A stretch of DNA of 36,523 nt from NCBI GenBank assembly GCA_051453625.1, contig JBOZIK010000001.1:12571634-12608156 (forward strand), given 5' to 3'. Of this stretch, positions 24,529 through 36,523 are shown piece after piece; within the stretch, counting starts at the first letter, position 1; each line of letters begins with the position of its first letter. The translations under genes and the position numbers were made by a program. This DNA comes from Welwitschia mirabilis (Eukaryota). The notes under the pieces were generated by a model that made no database searches, was not told the DNA's origin, and worked only from the letters and a program-made list of their open reading frames with translations.

Positions 24529-26780
24529 ACTAATCCACAGTAGAATGAAGTGGCAAGGATTTGAAGCAAAGCCTTAGCATATTGTACTAAAAGACTAGTA
24601 CTAAATTAGCATAACTCATTAATAAGCTTATTTCTTCTCTGATTTTAGGATAAAGTTGTTACCATTCTTGGATACCTCATTAATAGATAATTTAATTCAA
24701 GTATGAATGAGAAAATTATAAAAATTCTATGGAAAAATTAAATTATCTTATTAGAGATTAAGAATATTTGGTTGTTAATCTTATACTAATGTATAATAAT
24801 ATCATAAGTCAAAGTTGGATGATAGGCATACAAATGTGAGTCTATTAGTAATAACAAGAACTATTATGAGCATAGATTTTGGGATCCTTCTTGAAAATGC
24901 GTAGTTAGATCTATAGATTTGACATTCAAAGAAAATTCTCTATCTTATCCTAAGTAGATTAAGAATTAAGATTGAAAAACACTTAATTATATCTTCTCTA
25001 AAAAAGAGTCTACTAAAGTCTTTAGTTATGATAATGATGATGAAAATGACTAATAATAAAATGTTTCTAATAATGAGGACATTCCTTATAATGAATAAGA
25101 AGATAACATAAATGTAGAACAAGAAGTAAAAAAAGATAAAGATGAAGAAGAAAGGGCTTCATATGATACTCCTTCACATTTGAATGAGAATGTCAACTTG
25201 GTGATAAAGCAACAACATAGATATGATTTTTTTAAAATTTTCTTTACTAACTAATGAAAGAGAACTAGAAAACATTTTAAAAGTAAGGTTGTATAGTGAT
25301 TAGAAGCAGTGAAAGGTTAAAATGAATGATGAGGAAAATTTTTCCATGGATAATTATGTATGAGAACTATTATAGCTGTTAAGAGATAAGAAAGAACTAC
25401 ACAATAGATGGCTCTTCTAGCTCAAGGAAGATTCACATTGCCTTATTAAGCACAAAGAAAGACTTATGATAAAGGACTTTAAAATAAACTAAGCATTATA
25501 TTTTATCAAGATCTTTTCTTCAATTATTAATCAATATTATATTATGAGTGCTTTAACTTTAAATACCCATTTAAATATGAAACTAAAGTATCTAGACATT
25601 ACAACTACCTTCTTGCGTAGGGATTTAAAAAGGGAATCTATATGATTCAACTAAAGTTTTCATTAATCCAAGCATCTTGATCTAACATTAATCTAAGGAA
25701 AAGTCAATTTGATGTTAAGTAAGTTCCTAAATAGTGGTATAATAAGTTTAATTCACTTATGAAATTTTAATAATGTAAAAAACTCAAAGTAAACCACTAT
25801 GTTTACATTTCCAGACAAGTGAGAGGTAAGTATATTATATTGTTATTATATCTTAATGATCTTATTATAGTAAGAAATCATAAGGAAAAAATTAAATACT
25901 TGGAGCATGAAATAAGTAATTATTTTTAAATGAATAACTTGGGGCTATTTAAGGAAATTCTTGAAATCAAGATTATCAGGAATAAAATAAATAAAATATT
26001 ATGGCTCAATCAAGGAGATTACATTTCCAATGTTTGAGAATATTTTAGTATGACAAGTGCTCATATTACTAGTACTTCATTCGTAGCTTACTATAAATTA
26101 AGTAAGAAGGATTATCCTTACTCTTTAAAGAATAAGAAGTAGATAGAATATGTCTCATACATATTAATAATTAAATCATTAATGTATGCCATAGTGTACA
26201 CATATATAGATGTTCTTCATGTAGTGAAAATGATTAACAAGTTGATAAGTGATCCTAGTAGGACTCGTTTACTAATAATTAAGTGGATCCTATGGTAGTT
26301 CCAAAGTATTCATTATCATCAATTATAGTCTAGAGGAGAAAGCCTTTAAGTGACAAGATATGTTAAATCATATTAATATTAGATGTTGACAATAGACATT
26401 TCACTATAGGGTGTGTTTTCACTCATGGTGGAGGTGTTGTTAGTTGGTTATCATAGCTTCAATTATAAAATCAAAAGAGATTACTTTAGTGCAAGTCTCA
26501 AAATAAATTTTGTGATTGATATGATTCTTTATTTACTAGGAAAGGAAAAAAAATAGTATAATCTATTTTATGGTAGTTACAGACTTGACGAGAAACTCTA
26601 CTTGTCATGCTAGAAATAAGCATACTAACTTAAGATTTCACTATGTTCATGAATTAATTAAAAATGGCTATGTGCATTTCAAAAGATTTCTACATAATAA
26701 AATTCTACTGATACTTTGAAAAAGGTTGTACATGTGTAAAGCACCAATTTTGCACTTCCTTACTTAGACTTATAGTGATA
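24529..26780 (+). pseudogene. pol: Copia integrase C-half, reverse transcriptase and RNase H, degenerate
   Basis: PQ*NEVA, YLINR, LRIFGC, RFWDP..VRSIDLTFKE, KHKERLMIKD, LDITTTFLRRDL (cf. LDVKTAFLHGDL), LLYLNDL (cf. LLYVDDM), MNNLG..KEIL, VFTHGGGVVSW and HARNKH..LRFHYVHE. Confidence 0.92.
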
Positions 26781-27153
26781 TGAATCTTGTTTATGACTAG
26801 TATAACTCTTTATATAGTTTTTTTTATTATACATTACTTAAAGGCAAGAGGTTTTTCTTCAAGTGGGAAATTTCTAGTAATCATAAAGATAAATATTATA
26901 GGATTTTGTATTAAACCCTATGTTATAAAAGGGAGTTCAGAATTTTCTATGAGCTGGTTGAAGCTATTTTCTCTTATGGATTGTGTCTTAAAGGAATGAC
27001 TTATGTTCCTTTGATTATTAGTTTTATAGTAGGACTAATGGATCTTCATACTATTTTGAGAAAGTTTACTAAAAATAAAACAAATCTTTTTATATTATTT
27101 ATTCTCTTTTATTTACTATTTTACTTATTACATTCTTCACTTTTTTTCCAATA

Positions 27154-30003
27154 GTCAACTCATGTAGTAATTAATGTTACAATTTTTCCATCCTAGGAGG
27201 AAGCCTTGATCTGTTTACTTGAAAAAAATAAAAAGACTATAAGATAGATAACTTCTAATTTGAAAGGTATTGATTCTCATAGAGGTATGCATAGAATTTA
27301 AATTTACTTAGAAGAAAATTATAAGACTAGTATAAACCTCTATGTGGTTCTAAGATGAAAGAACTAGTGATGAATAAATTCCTTAAGCTCTTAGATTCTA
27401 GTATCATTTATCTAATCTCTAATAGTCAAAATATTAGTCCTACTCAAAATGTTCCTAAAACTTCTAGAATCATATGATTAAAAATAAAAATAATATATTT
27501 ATTACCATAACATTATAGGTAGGATGGAGAATGTGCATTAACTATAAGAGACTCAATTCTATGATTTATAAGGATTACTTTCCCTTACCCTTTCATGATA
27601 AAATTTTAGAAAAGTGAGCTAGTCATGAGTACTACTACTTTCTTAATGGGTATTCAAGTTACAAATACATAGAAGTTGCTCTTGAGGATGAAGACAATAC
27701 AACTTTTACATGTATTTTTTATACCTTTTCTTACAATAATGTTTCCTTTGGTTTATGTAATGTCCTAAATACTTCTAAATATTATATGATGAGTTCTTTT
27801 TTTTTTTTTTTAAATGACTGGAACATATATAAGAGTTATTGCAGATGATTTTTTGCATTTGGTAAAATGTAGAAAGCTTAATCTAATTATCTCTTTCATT
27901 CTTACATGTTTTAAAAAGGAAAATCTTGTTCTTAATTAAGAGAAATGTCTTTTTATGATTATCAAGGATATTATTTTAGATCATGTTATATCTAGAAATA
28001 GGATAGAAATAAACCATTTTAAATTTAACTTGCCCTTCTAAAATTTAACTTAGTACTCATATTTCCATTTTTATATGTATTAAAGATGTGAGATCATTTT
28101 TCATAAATGTTAATTATTATCATAGATTTATTTAAGACATTTCAAGAATTTCCAAGCTATTATTAAATCCTTAAGTTAAAGATGCAACTTTGGAATGGAC
28201 TTCTAGATGTTAATTTATGTTTGAAACTCTAAAATGTTGTTTATATCTACTCCTCATTTACAACCTCATAATTAGTTTCTTTCTTTTGAATTTCTTTGTG
28301 GTGCTAGTGATTATGCCATAAGAGTCATCTTAAAATAAGGAAAACATGAAAAACCTTATACTACTTATTATGTAAGTAAAGTTTTACAATGTGCTTAAGT
28401 GAATTATACAACCACTAAAAAATGTTATTAACTATAAGTTTTTCTTGGGAAAAGTTTTATATTTTATCTTATAGGGGAAAAAACCATTGTTTTTACTAAT
28501 CATTTTTTGTTAAGTCTCTTATGACTAAGAAATATTTCAAAGCTAAACCTATTAAATGGATTTATCTATTTCAAGAATTTGAACTAGAGATCAAGGACAA
28601 AAAAGATGTAAAAAATGTCATCATTAACCATTAATTCTGTATTATGCCTTATTTTCCTTCTTCTTAGTTTCTTTATGTATTAATGATAATTTCCTTAATA
28701 AGCATCTTGTATATTTTTTAGAGAAACCTTTATGCATCAATTACTTGCTCATTAATATACTCGTGATGAAAAGTATCTCTTTCATGAGGTTAATAAATAT
28801 TTCTAAGATTATCCCTATCTTTTTAAATATCGTCCTAACAAAATTACTTGTACATGCATTCCACGTTCTAAAGTTATAAATATTTCAAAAAAATTATACA
28901 TGATGGTATTTGTGAAGGGCATTTATCTATAAAAGAAGACTATTTATAAAATTTTATAATCTGTAGTTTATCAACCTCTTCTTTTCAAAGATGATTATCA
29001 ATATTATAGGTCTTATAATAAATGTCAGTGTTTTAGCATCCCTGAAAAAAGAAATATGATTTTCTTTATCTTATTCTACTCATTGATTCTTTTAACTCAA
29101 GAGGTATAGATTTTGTTGGATTATTTTCTCCATTCTTTAAGTTATCTTTGTATCTTAATTTATGTGGATTATGTCATTACGTAGTGTAAAGATATTTCAA
29201 CTAGAATAGATGATGTTGAACATGTTTATCATACTTGTTCAAAATCATATTTTATTCCACTTTAGGCATTTTAAATATCTTATTAGTAGTGAGGGTTTCC
29301 ATTTTTATAACCAAATCATGAATAATCTTATGAAGTAATGTGATATTATACATTAAGTTACTATGTGTTTTCATCCATAAGTCAATGGTTAAGAAAAAGT
29401 TACCAAACATGAAATGAAGAAAATTTTGTAGAAAATAGTTAATGCTAATACAAAATACTAGGTACTTCACCCTAATGATGCTATTTAGGCCTACAAAAGT
29501 ATGTATAAAACCTTATTAGAATTCCCATTTATAGCTTCCTTTTCTTTGTTTTTTTTTAGTTGGGTGGAGAAGACGAAGGGCTAGGGGAAGGTTGTGAGGG
29601 ATGCAGAAGATTTTTGAGCCATGAAATAGCTTAACAATAAACTTGATGAATCTATAGAATTTAAGAAGATTGACTTTAATGAGATTCAAGAAATTATAAA
29701 TAACACCTATAAGTACTATCATGTTTAAAGGAAAGGATGAAGAAAAAAACATGATTCCAATATTCTTAAAGAATTATTTAGTCTTAATGATGAGGCTTTG
29801 TATATTATTGGTGCTTACATTTATTTACTAGTAAGTTGATATCTGAAAAGACCAAACCTTTGAAATTTTAAGAGATCTTTTCATATGAAGATGTTATAGT
29901 ATTGATTCCACTTATCAAAAAGACAATTAAATTTAATGGACAAAGAATAAAGCCATACAATTTACCCATCATCTTTAAAGCCGTTCTCTTGGAACGCCTT
30001 TAA
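27154..30003 (+). pseudogene. pol: Athila copy D reverse transcriptase, RNase H and integrase, degenerate
   Basis: LKGIDSHRGMHRI, LKLLDSSIIYLISNS..SPTQNVPK, GWRMCINYKRLN..KDYFPLPF..YFLNGYSSY, VIADDF, CGASDYAI, FQEFELEIKDKK, RGIDFVG, NDAI*AYK and KFNGQRIKPY. Confidence 0.95.
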
Positions 30004-30319
30004 CCTCCATAATCTATTCACATTTTTATCTTTATCAGAGTATGGTAATTTAGGATAATAAGAGTTTAAACCCATGGAAGTGAATAAAATACTTGAAAAC
30101 TATTAAGTGATATTAGTAATATAACTTTATGATCTGTAAGGGTGTGTTTTTCTTCTCTCTTAATGATGTTAATATAGATAGATCTAATTCCTTTCATATT
30201 ACTACTATTATATATTTGAGTGATCTCATGTATTATTTTTAGCTATATTTATAATTTTTATCTTTGATTGAATAATCTTGTGTTTAATCGAGTGTTGTTC
30301 AATACCATGTCATTTGGGA

Positions 30320-32870
30320 AAATATTGATTTTGAGGATCTATAACCCTATGATTAGGTACTAGATATATCTATCGAGTCATAATTCTAGGAAAATGTGTT
30401 TATTATGGTTAGGTCATATCTACTAATGGCCCATAATACTTGAAAATTCTTAAATTATTTAATATTATTTTTAGTTTGTGTAAAATCTAAAAAGATTAAA
30501 AGTAATAGAGGTAGAAAGCATGTATCGAAAGAGTTTTGAGAATAATTGAAAAGAATTAGGAATTAAAAATGAAGTTACTACAGCATATACAATTTAAAAA
30601 AATAAAGTAAGGGAAATTAAAAAATCAAGATAACATGCAAATGACGCATTTCATGTTGTATAGAACCAATGCTTATAAGAAACTGTGAATGGAAGTTGCC
30701 ATAATAGTAGTAATATAAAATCATCTTCTAATTAGAAGTCTGAACAATACAGTATTATTTAACATTTACTCTAATAGATAAAATTACATTAAATGTTATA
30801 TAAACTTTGAATGTAAGTGCTACATGAATATCTCTTAATAACAAAGAAGTAAGTTACATAATAAAGCTAGAATTGGACTACTACTCAAATGAAATTAAGA
30901 AATCAAAGCCTATAAAGAATGTATAGAATAAAAAAAGGATTATAACCTTAAAGGACATGACTTTTGATGAAGGTAGTCTAACCTTGAAGAACAATATACT
31001 AGAGGTCTTAGAATTATCATGAGTCTTGGAGGATAATGTAAATAGGCTAAAACATAGTCAAGATTTTTTGGTGTGAGTAAAAGAACCTAAATAAATAAAA
31101 TAATAAATAAGTCATTTAGGTCAGAGCTAAACTATAACTAAATTCAGAATGAAGAAAGCTCATCATAGATAGAACTGGAAGAGTAAGTGAAAACGTTCAT
31201 ATTTCTATCTAGCATTGATGGCTACATTACATAATAAATTGATTATTTTTAAGAAAAAGGAATCTATTTAGATAAGAAGATAGAACTCAAAGAATAAGAC
31301 ATGATATCACATTTATTACATAAAATATGATGGAACCACAAAGTATGGAAGAAGTCTTAATTAATCTAAGATGAAAAGAAATAATATGAGTAAAATATAT
31401 CATTTTAATGAAGAACGATACTAGAAAGTTGAGCAAAACTAACAAGAAACCCATTAAAAACAAATGAACATTTCAAATTAAATACATCCAAAATAGATCC
31501 ATAAACAAGTATAAATGGATACTTATGGGTTGGAGGGGGTGGTGGNNNNNNNNNNNNNNNNNNNAAACAAAGGAACTTGTTTCATATACACCTTTATTCT
31601 AACTAAAAAGATAAGAACAATCAAAATCTTACTATCTTTAGCCTAGAATTATAAATGGGATTTTTTTCTAAAATGAACATAATTTCAATTTTTTTCAAAT
31701 GAAACCCTAGATAGGTAAATATACATCTTATAACCTAAAGGATTTGTGATAAAAGACCATAAAGGTAAGACCTATAAAATAAATTCTTCATATTATCTGG
31801 AATAAATTCCAAGGTCATAATACTAACAAATTATTATATGTCTAAAATAAATTAGCTTTAATAAATCACATGTAAAACTAGATTTATATGTAAAATTAGA
31901 CTAGGAGAATAATTAATTAGTTATATTAGTTAAATTTCTACTCTACGTAGATGATATTATCATGAAATGTTATAGAGACTAAATAAAAAGGGTTAAGGAT
32001 GCCCTTAGCCAAAAATTTAAAATGTTAAATTTAGTCTTGTTAAAATGTTTCATAGGATACCAAATCATGAGAAAGAAAAAAGTGTAATTATCCATAAAGA
32101 AAGGCATGCTATGAACATAGTGGAAAAATGCAACTTACAAGAGTATAGACTAAGAAGCATTCTAATGGATTCCAAAGCAAAACCAAAACCTAAAAACTTA
32201 GAACCATCTAACATAAAACCATATTGATAGTTAATGAGAATAAGACTTAACGTACCCTCTATAATGAACAAAGTGATACATCAATGCCCAAATCAATATA
32301 AAATCACAAAAGTATAGCATTAAATATAGTAAAATACATGATACAAATTATGACATTGGGACTCAAATTCTAAGTAATGGATGGGAAACTAAGAGTACTT
32401 TTTTTATGCAGATCGGGTAAGATCAAAATATGAGACATTAACTATAGGGTGTGTAGTGTAGTTATATGGTTCCATAATCTCATGGTTGAGCCAAAAATTA
32501 AAATTATTATCACTATAATCCACTAAAGTCAAATATATTATAGCTATAATATTACGTATGAAGCTAAAATAGATTAATTAACTAATAAAGGATCTAAAAG
32601 AAATATGACACCACCCTTAAACTTAATTTATACCAATCAATATATAATCAAACTAATTAATTATCTAGCACTTCATGAAAGAATAAAACACATTAATGTA
32701 ATAAATCATTTCATTTGAGAACTGTAGGAAGAAGGATTTTTAGGACTTAGATACATTCCAACTTAGAAATGAACTATAAAGGAACTTTTCAAATGCTTAT
32801 CTAGGTCTAATTACCTTAAATTTCATGATAAGCTATGAAAATAAATATTAAAGATGAGGAAGTATAAATT
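30320..32870 (+). pseudogene. pol: Second Ty1/copia remnant (integrase, RT, RNase H, probable PPT), 5'-truncated
   Basis: KSNRGRKHVSKEF, LGIKNEVTTAYT, KDMTFDE, EPQSMEEVL, KKPIKNK*TFQIK, LLYVDDII (~31939), SIISWLSQK and HERIKHINVINHFI*E. A purine tract at ~32850-32863 precedes the gap. Confidence 0.88.
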
Positions 32871-33849
32871 GANNNNNNNNNNNNNNNNNNNNNNNNNNNN
32901 NNNNNNNNNNATAGAAGGTAACTATTACTCCTTTGCCTATAAGAAAATTCTTTTTAATAATAACTAAAAAGAAGAATGAAAACATTAGAAAAATAAAATA
33001 TTTCTTTTGGTAAGCTAAGTAACACCACTTAAAATCCTCATAAATGACATTAAAAACTTAATATACCTTTGCTATTAGTATTTAAAAAAGATTTCAAGAT
33101 TTTCTTACTTTATAATATACTCCATTTAGAAAGAGATATGATTTAGCTATGCAAGTAAATAATAGCAGTTTTAAAAAAAAAATCTAATGTTATCAAGTAT
33201 AATATAGACAATACTAATCATTATTCTGTCATAAGGCATGTAAGAAAATTTTAAATCTGACTAGCATTCATTTAAAATAAATCAAATAGATAGGAAGAAA
33301 GTAAAATGATGTAAAAAAATGAAAATAAAATAAATAAAAGCTTCATCTCCTAAGCATTAAACATGATCATTGATAAGATAAACAACCAAGTAAATCTAAA
33401 TAAATAAAACTACAGAGTAACTATCATTTTCTTAATCCAAAATGATCAATCATTAAGCAATAATGGTTTAGTGAATATTTAAGAAGTTATTTACTCTAAA
33501 TTTTAAATTTCATGGATACAATAAAAGAAAGTTAAATATTAAATATTACTGCCACTTGCTGATGGATCATGTAATAATATGAAGTAAAAATCCAAAAGCA
33601 TGGAATATGTAATAAATCTAATTTATCAATCATGATGATGTAAATTACATCATAGCTATGAAAAGCACAATGAGATCAATAAATATATAGTTGTGAAACC
33701 ATAAATGAGAGAATAAAGGAATGAGATGAAATTTAGGATGAAGAAATAATGATAATGGATAATGCCTAATCTTTGAGGTATATATTTCTTTCATAGAATT
33801 ATGATTAGGGTTTTATATTCAATTAACTTACTTAATACTTTAAGATACA

Positions 33850-34170
33850 TCAAACTTAATCAGACGATATTTCCTAATCATTAATATTAGATAAGTCAAT
33901 CTTTACTATAGCTTTCTCGATGTTTTAGAATTTCATTAACTTTCATTGGTTTTTATCAATCTAAAATTTTTATTCAGTGTCTAATATTTATTATGTCTTT
34001 TATAGGATCTACAAATATTTTGAATGCTAGTGGTGTTATAGACCTAATAATGACATTGGCTAAGTTAAATCCAAACATTCATTTGAAGCTTGGTCAACTT
34101 ATTATGAAATGCATAGTAAATACCAAATATAACCTCTCTGTAATAAAACTTCAATATCAATTAGAAAGAA
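33850..34170 (-). pseudogene. Possible highly eroded Ty3/gypsy RT fragment
   Basis: The minus strand gives LQRGY...FK*MFGFNLANVIIRSITPLAF, a weak resemblance to LRSGY...[26 protein letters not shown]. Confidence 0.3.
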
Positions 34171-34479
34171 TCGATTAGTATAAATTTATACTAAACATGA
34201 TTTTTATAGCCTTAAGTTAATTAATTTACTAAGGTTAATGTGTGAAAATTTTGAAAATTAATTTGTAATAACTTATGATTTAAGTTAGATTTGATTTATG
34301 CTAATTAATAGAGTGAATTTTAATATAGTCAAGGAAATTAAGAAACATTTTTCCAAGACAAAGATATTTAAAGAAATTATGGAGAATATTAAAAATGGAT
34401 AAGATGTCCCTTTTCTACTCATTAGTAATAAATGATTTACTAATTAGAATAGGGATTAGTCTATGTTTTAGAAAGACAA

Positions 34480-34910
34480 TGGAGAAATAATATATGTAGG
34501 TTCATCAAGATACACTTGGATATGAAGAAATTTCTTTATTAACTAATAATGAAATTTCAAAGAAGATAATTCATTTAAAGATTGTTCAATATGTTATAAA
34601 ATAAAACTTAAAGACAAGAGACCTACATGACTTGTAGTCTTTGGGAGTTTTAGCTTAAGAATTAAATAAGGTAATTGTGAATTTCATTGTTAGATCACCT
34701 AAAATGACTTAAAAACATGATGTAAGTTTTGTATTTATTAATAAGATAATAATGATAAGACACTTGATCCCTATAAAAATAATAATAACAATAGAAGGGT
34801 CATACAAAGATGTGTGAAAGAAGTTTTTAGATTGTATGATGGATTTAAGATCATTTTTTTAGATTGAAATCCTAAGTTCCTTTGAAACTTGTGGTAATGT
34901 TTCTTTAGAG
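34480..34910 (+). pseudogene. pol: Ty3/gypsy (non-Athila, chromovirus-like) integrase core fragment
   Basis: VIVNFIVRSPKMT*KHDVSFVFINK..RHLIP...VKEVFRLYDGFKIIFLD*NPKFL*NLW matches ISMDFIVGLPKT..HDAIFVVVDR..AHFIP...KEVFRLHG.PK.IVSDRDPKF.S.FW. Confidence 0.75.
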
Positions 34911-35424
34911 GACACATGCTCCCTTCATTATAATGCTATTAATGAAATCCTAAAAGACATTCTATGAAGATATCTTACTATAAATCCCACTCATCATGCA
35001 AGTCAATCCCTTACAAAGTAAGAAAGAACAGATGAAGTGTGACACCCTCTTTTCTGTTGTCCTAATTAAGCATATTTTTTTTTTGTCCTAATTAAGCACA
35101 ATTTTTTTTTTACTCCCTTTCTTGTTTAATATTTTTAGCTGCTAGACACAATGTAACCTAGGACCACATTCTACTAACTCCTTTATTATAATTTTTATGT
35201 TTTAAGAAAGACAAATCATATTAATATTATATATTTACCCATAATTAATTTCTAGGTTATTTTAGTTTACAAATAATAGCAATGGCATAAGTTTATGTCT
35301 TCCATTTCTTCCTAGTTTTTCGTCACATAAAAGATATCTTATGAATAGTTAAAGAGATGTAAACCTGTTGTCAACATACATGGATAAGTTTTAAGGATAA
35401 TAGATAATCAATATATTATGAGGT

Positions 35425-36523
35425 TGTAACTCCAATTAATGACCTTATAACTCTATATCTGGCCACCCTTTGGACATAAGTTGGTTCTACTTTAGGTTCT
35501 AAACTATACAAACATGGCTACACTCAACTCTATAGGATTTCACTTCACCTCGATATACCTCCAATACAGGTGACAGGAAGTACGTGAGGTAGGTGCATGC
35601 TTACAAATGACCTCCACTTCCTTAAAGCATCTCTGGATGGTCCAACATGATCCATCGATGTCAAGGGCTCAAGATATTAAGTTAGAGTAAGTTGATACAT
35701 GGGTAGGGAAGGAGAGTAATGATTAAATCCACTTCCATAAGAGTATTATAAAAAAAAATGCAATAGAACTCACCTTAGTGATAAAATCCAACTGTGGGGA
35801 TGAACATTATTAAAATTATCTTGATTTAGTCCTGTTCGATAAATACACCACAAAATACATGCAAAGAGTTATAACTAATGTGGATATTTAATGGATTATT
35901 TACCTAGTTATTATAATTCTAATAGTCATTTATTTTATGTTATATAAACAACCATAAAAAGAAAGAAAGCATACAAGAACATTTCTATGTTCAAGATTAT
36001 AATAATAAAAATCTAGCTAAAAGAAATATTCTTCTCTTTTATATCTAAAGAAAAGAAATATTCTTTGTTTTTCCTTTCAATAATAATAGAAATATTTAAA
36101 ATATATCAAATAATATCTTAATAATATACTTAAAGAAACTAAAACATACTTGGAGCTATGCCAATCCTAGAAACATTCTTCCATGCTTATATGACAATCT
36201 TTATAGATTAGTGCAAAGAACATTAAAAAAAAGAAAGTATAACTTAACCATAAATGTTAAAATATAAATCTTTATCCAATATTCATATGGCTATATTATA
36301 AGTCAATAAAAATAACTGACAATCTAGAGATTACTTATGTTACTTAAACTACTAAGGCAAAAGCTCTTACAAATATGCACATTTAAAGTAAGCTAAAGAA
36401 AAAGGGTTAAAAATGTATTTCTACAAATAAATACTACTTACAAGTAATTTAACTTAAATGTATTATTATAAATATATTTTATACACTCAATTTACCTATA
36501 AATTTTATGTAATGATTTTTCTA
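35425..36523 (-). mobile_element. Possible LTR of another gypsy (Tekay/Del-like) family, minus strand
   Basis: An abrupt GC-richer block starts TGTAAC at 35425, and AAG|GTGAGT lies on the minus strand at ~35768-35776, as often seen in such LTRs. No partner LTR or PBS; extent uncertain. Confidence 0.3.

Larger units (their letters stand above)
18019..27153 (+). mobile_element. Ty1/copia element (Tork/Tnt1-like) inserted in Athila D pol; LTRs ~18019-18305 and ~26872-27153
   Basis: Two strongly diverged ~285-bp direct repeats (taggattttgtattaa core, both ending ttttccaata), PBS-like TGGAATTAGAGC at 18307-18318, PPT-like AAGTGGGAAA at 26861-26870, and domain order gag-PR-INT-RT-RH. No 5-bp TSD. 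Confidence 0.85.

Noticed and set aside
31527..31545. G-rich tract as functional G-quadruplex or PPT
   Set aside because: It lies within the copia RT frame and abuts a gap, so it is likely a homopolymer expansion or a low-quality contig end.
336..34178. Remaining short ORFs (e.g. 336-557, 9227-9448, 13532-13747, 19556-19768, 24940-25122, 29252-29752, 32065-32271) as host genes
   Set aside because: They are low-complexity F/I/L-rich chance ORFs in LTRs or antisense to retroelement pol, with no recognisable host protein motif.

Overview
This is AT-rich plant-type heterochromatic DNA made almost entirely of old, heavily C>T/G>A-decayed LTR retrotransposons, with five assembly gaps. I found no intact host gene, RNA gene or CRISPR array. 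The window opens with an Athila-type LTR (1-1109), followed by three same-strand 3' portions of one Athila (Ty3/gypsy) family: A ~1110-4720, B ~4720-8566 and C 8667-15320. B and C carry a degenerate accessory 'env-like' ORF resembling the Transposase_32/ATHILA ORF domain. Next is a four-level nest: Athila D gag-pol (15352-30003) is split by a Tork/Tnt1-like copia (~18019-27153), which is split by a solo LTR (~20330-24523), which is split by a 3.4-kb minus-strand non-autonomous LTR element (21056-24442). A second copia remnant (~30320-32870) and small gypsy fragments follow. The most interesting structure is the Athila accessory cassette: CpG-decayed palindromes (inferred RTCGTCCGGACGAY), a TATA-like box, an ATG micro-exon, a ~550-nt intron and the ORF. 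All alignments and translations were done by eye, so boundaries and identities are approximate.
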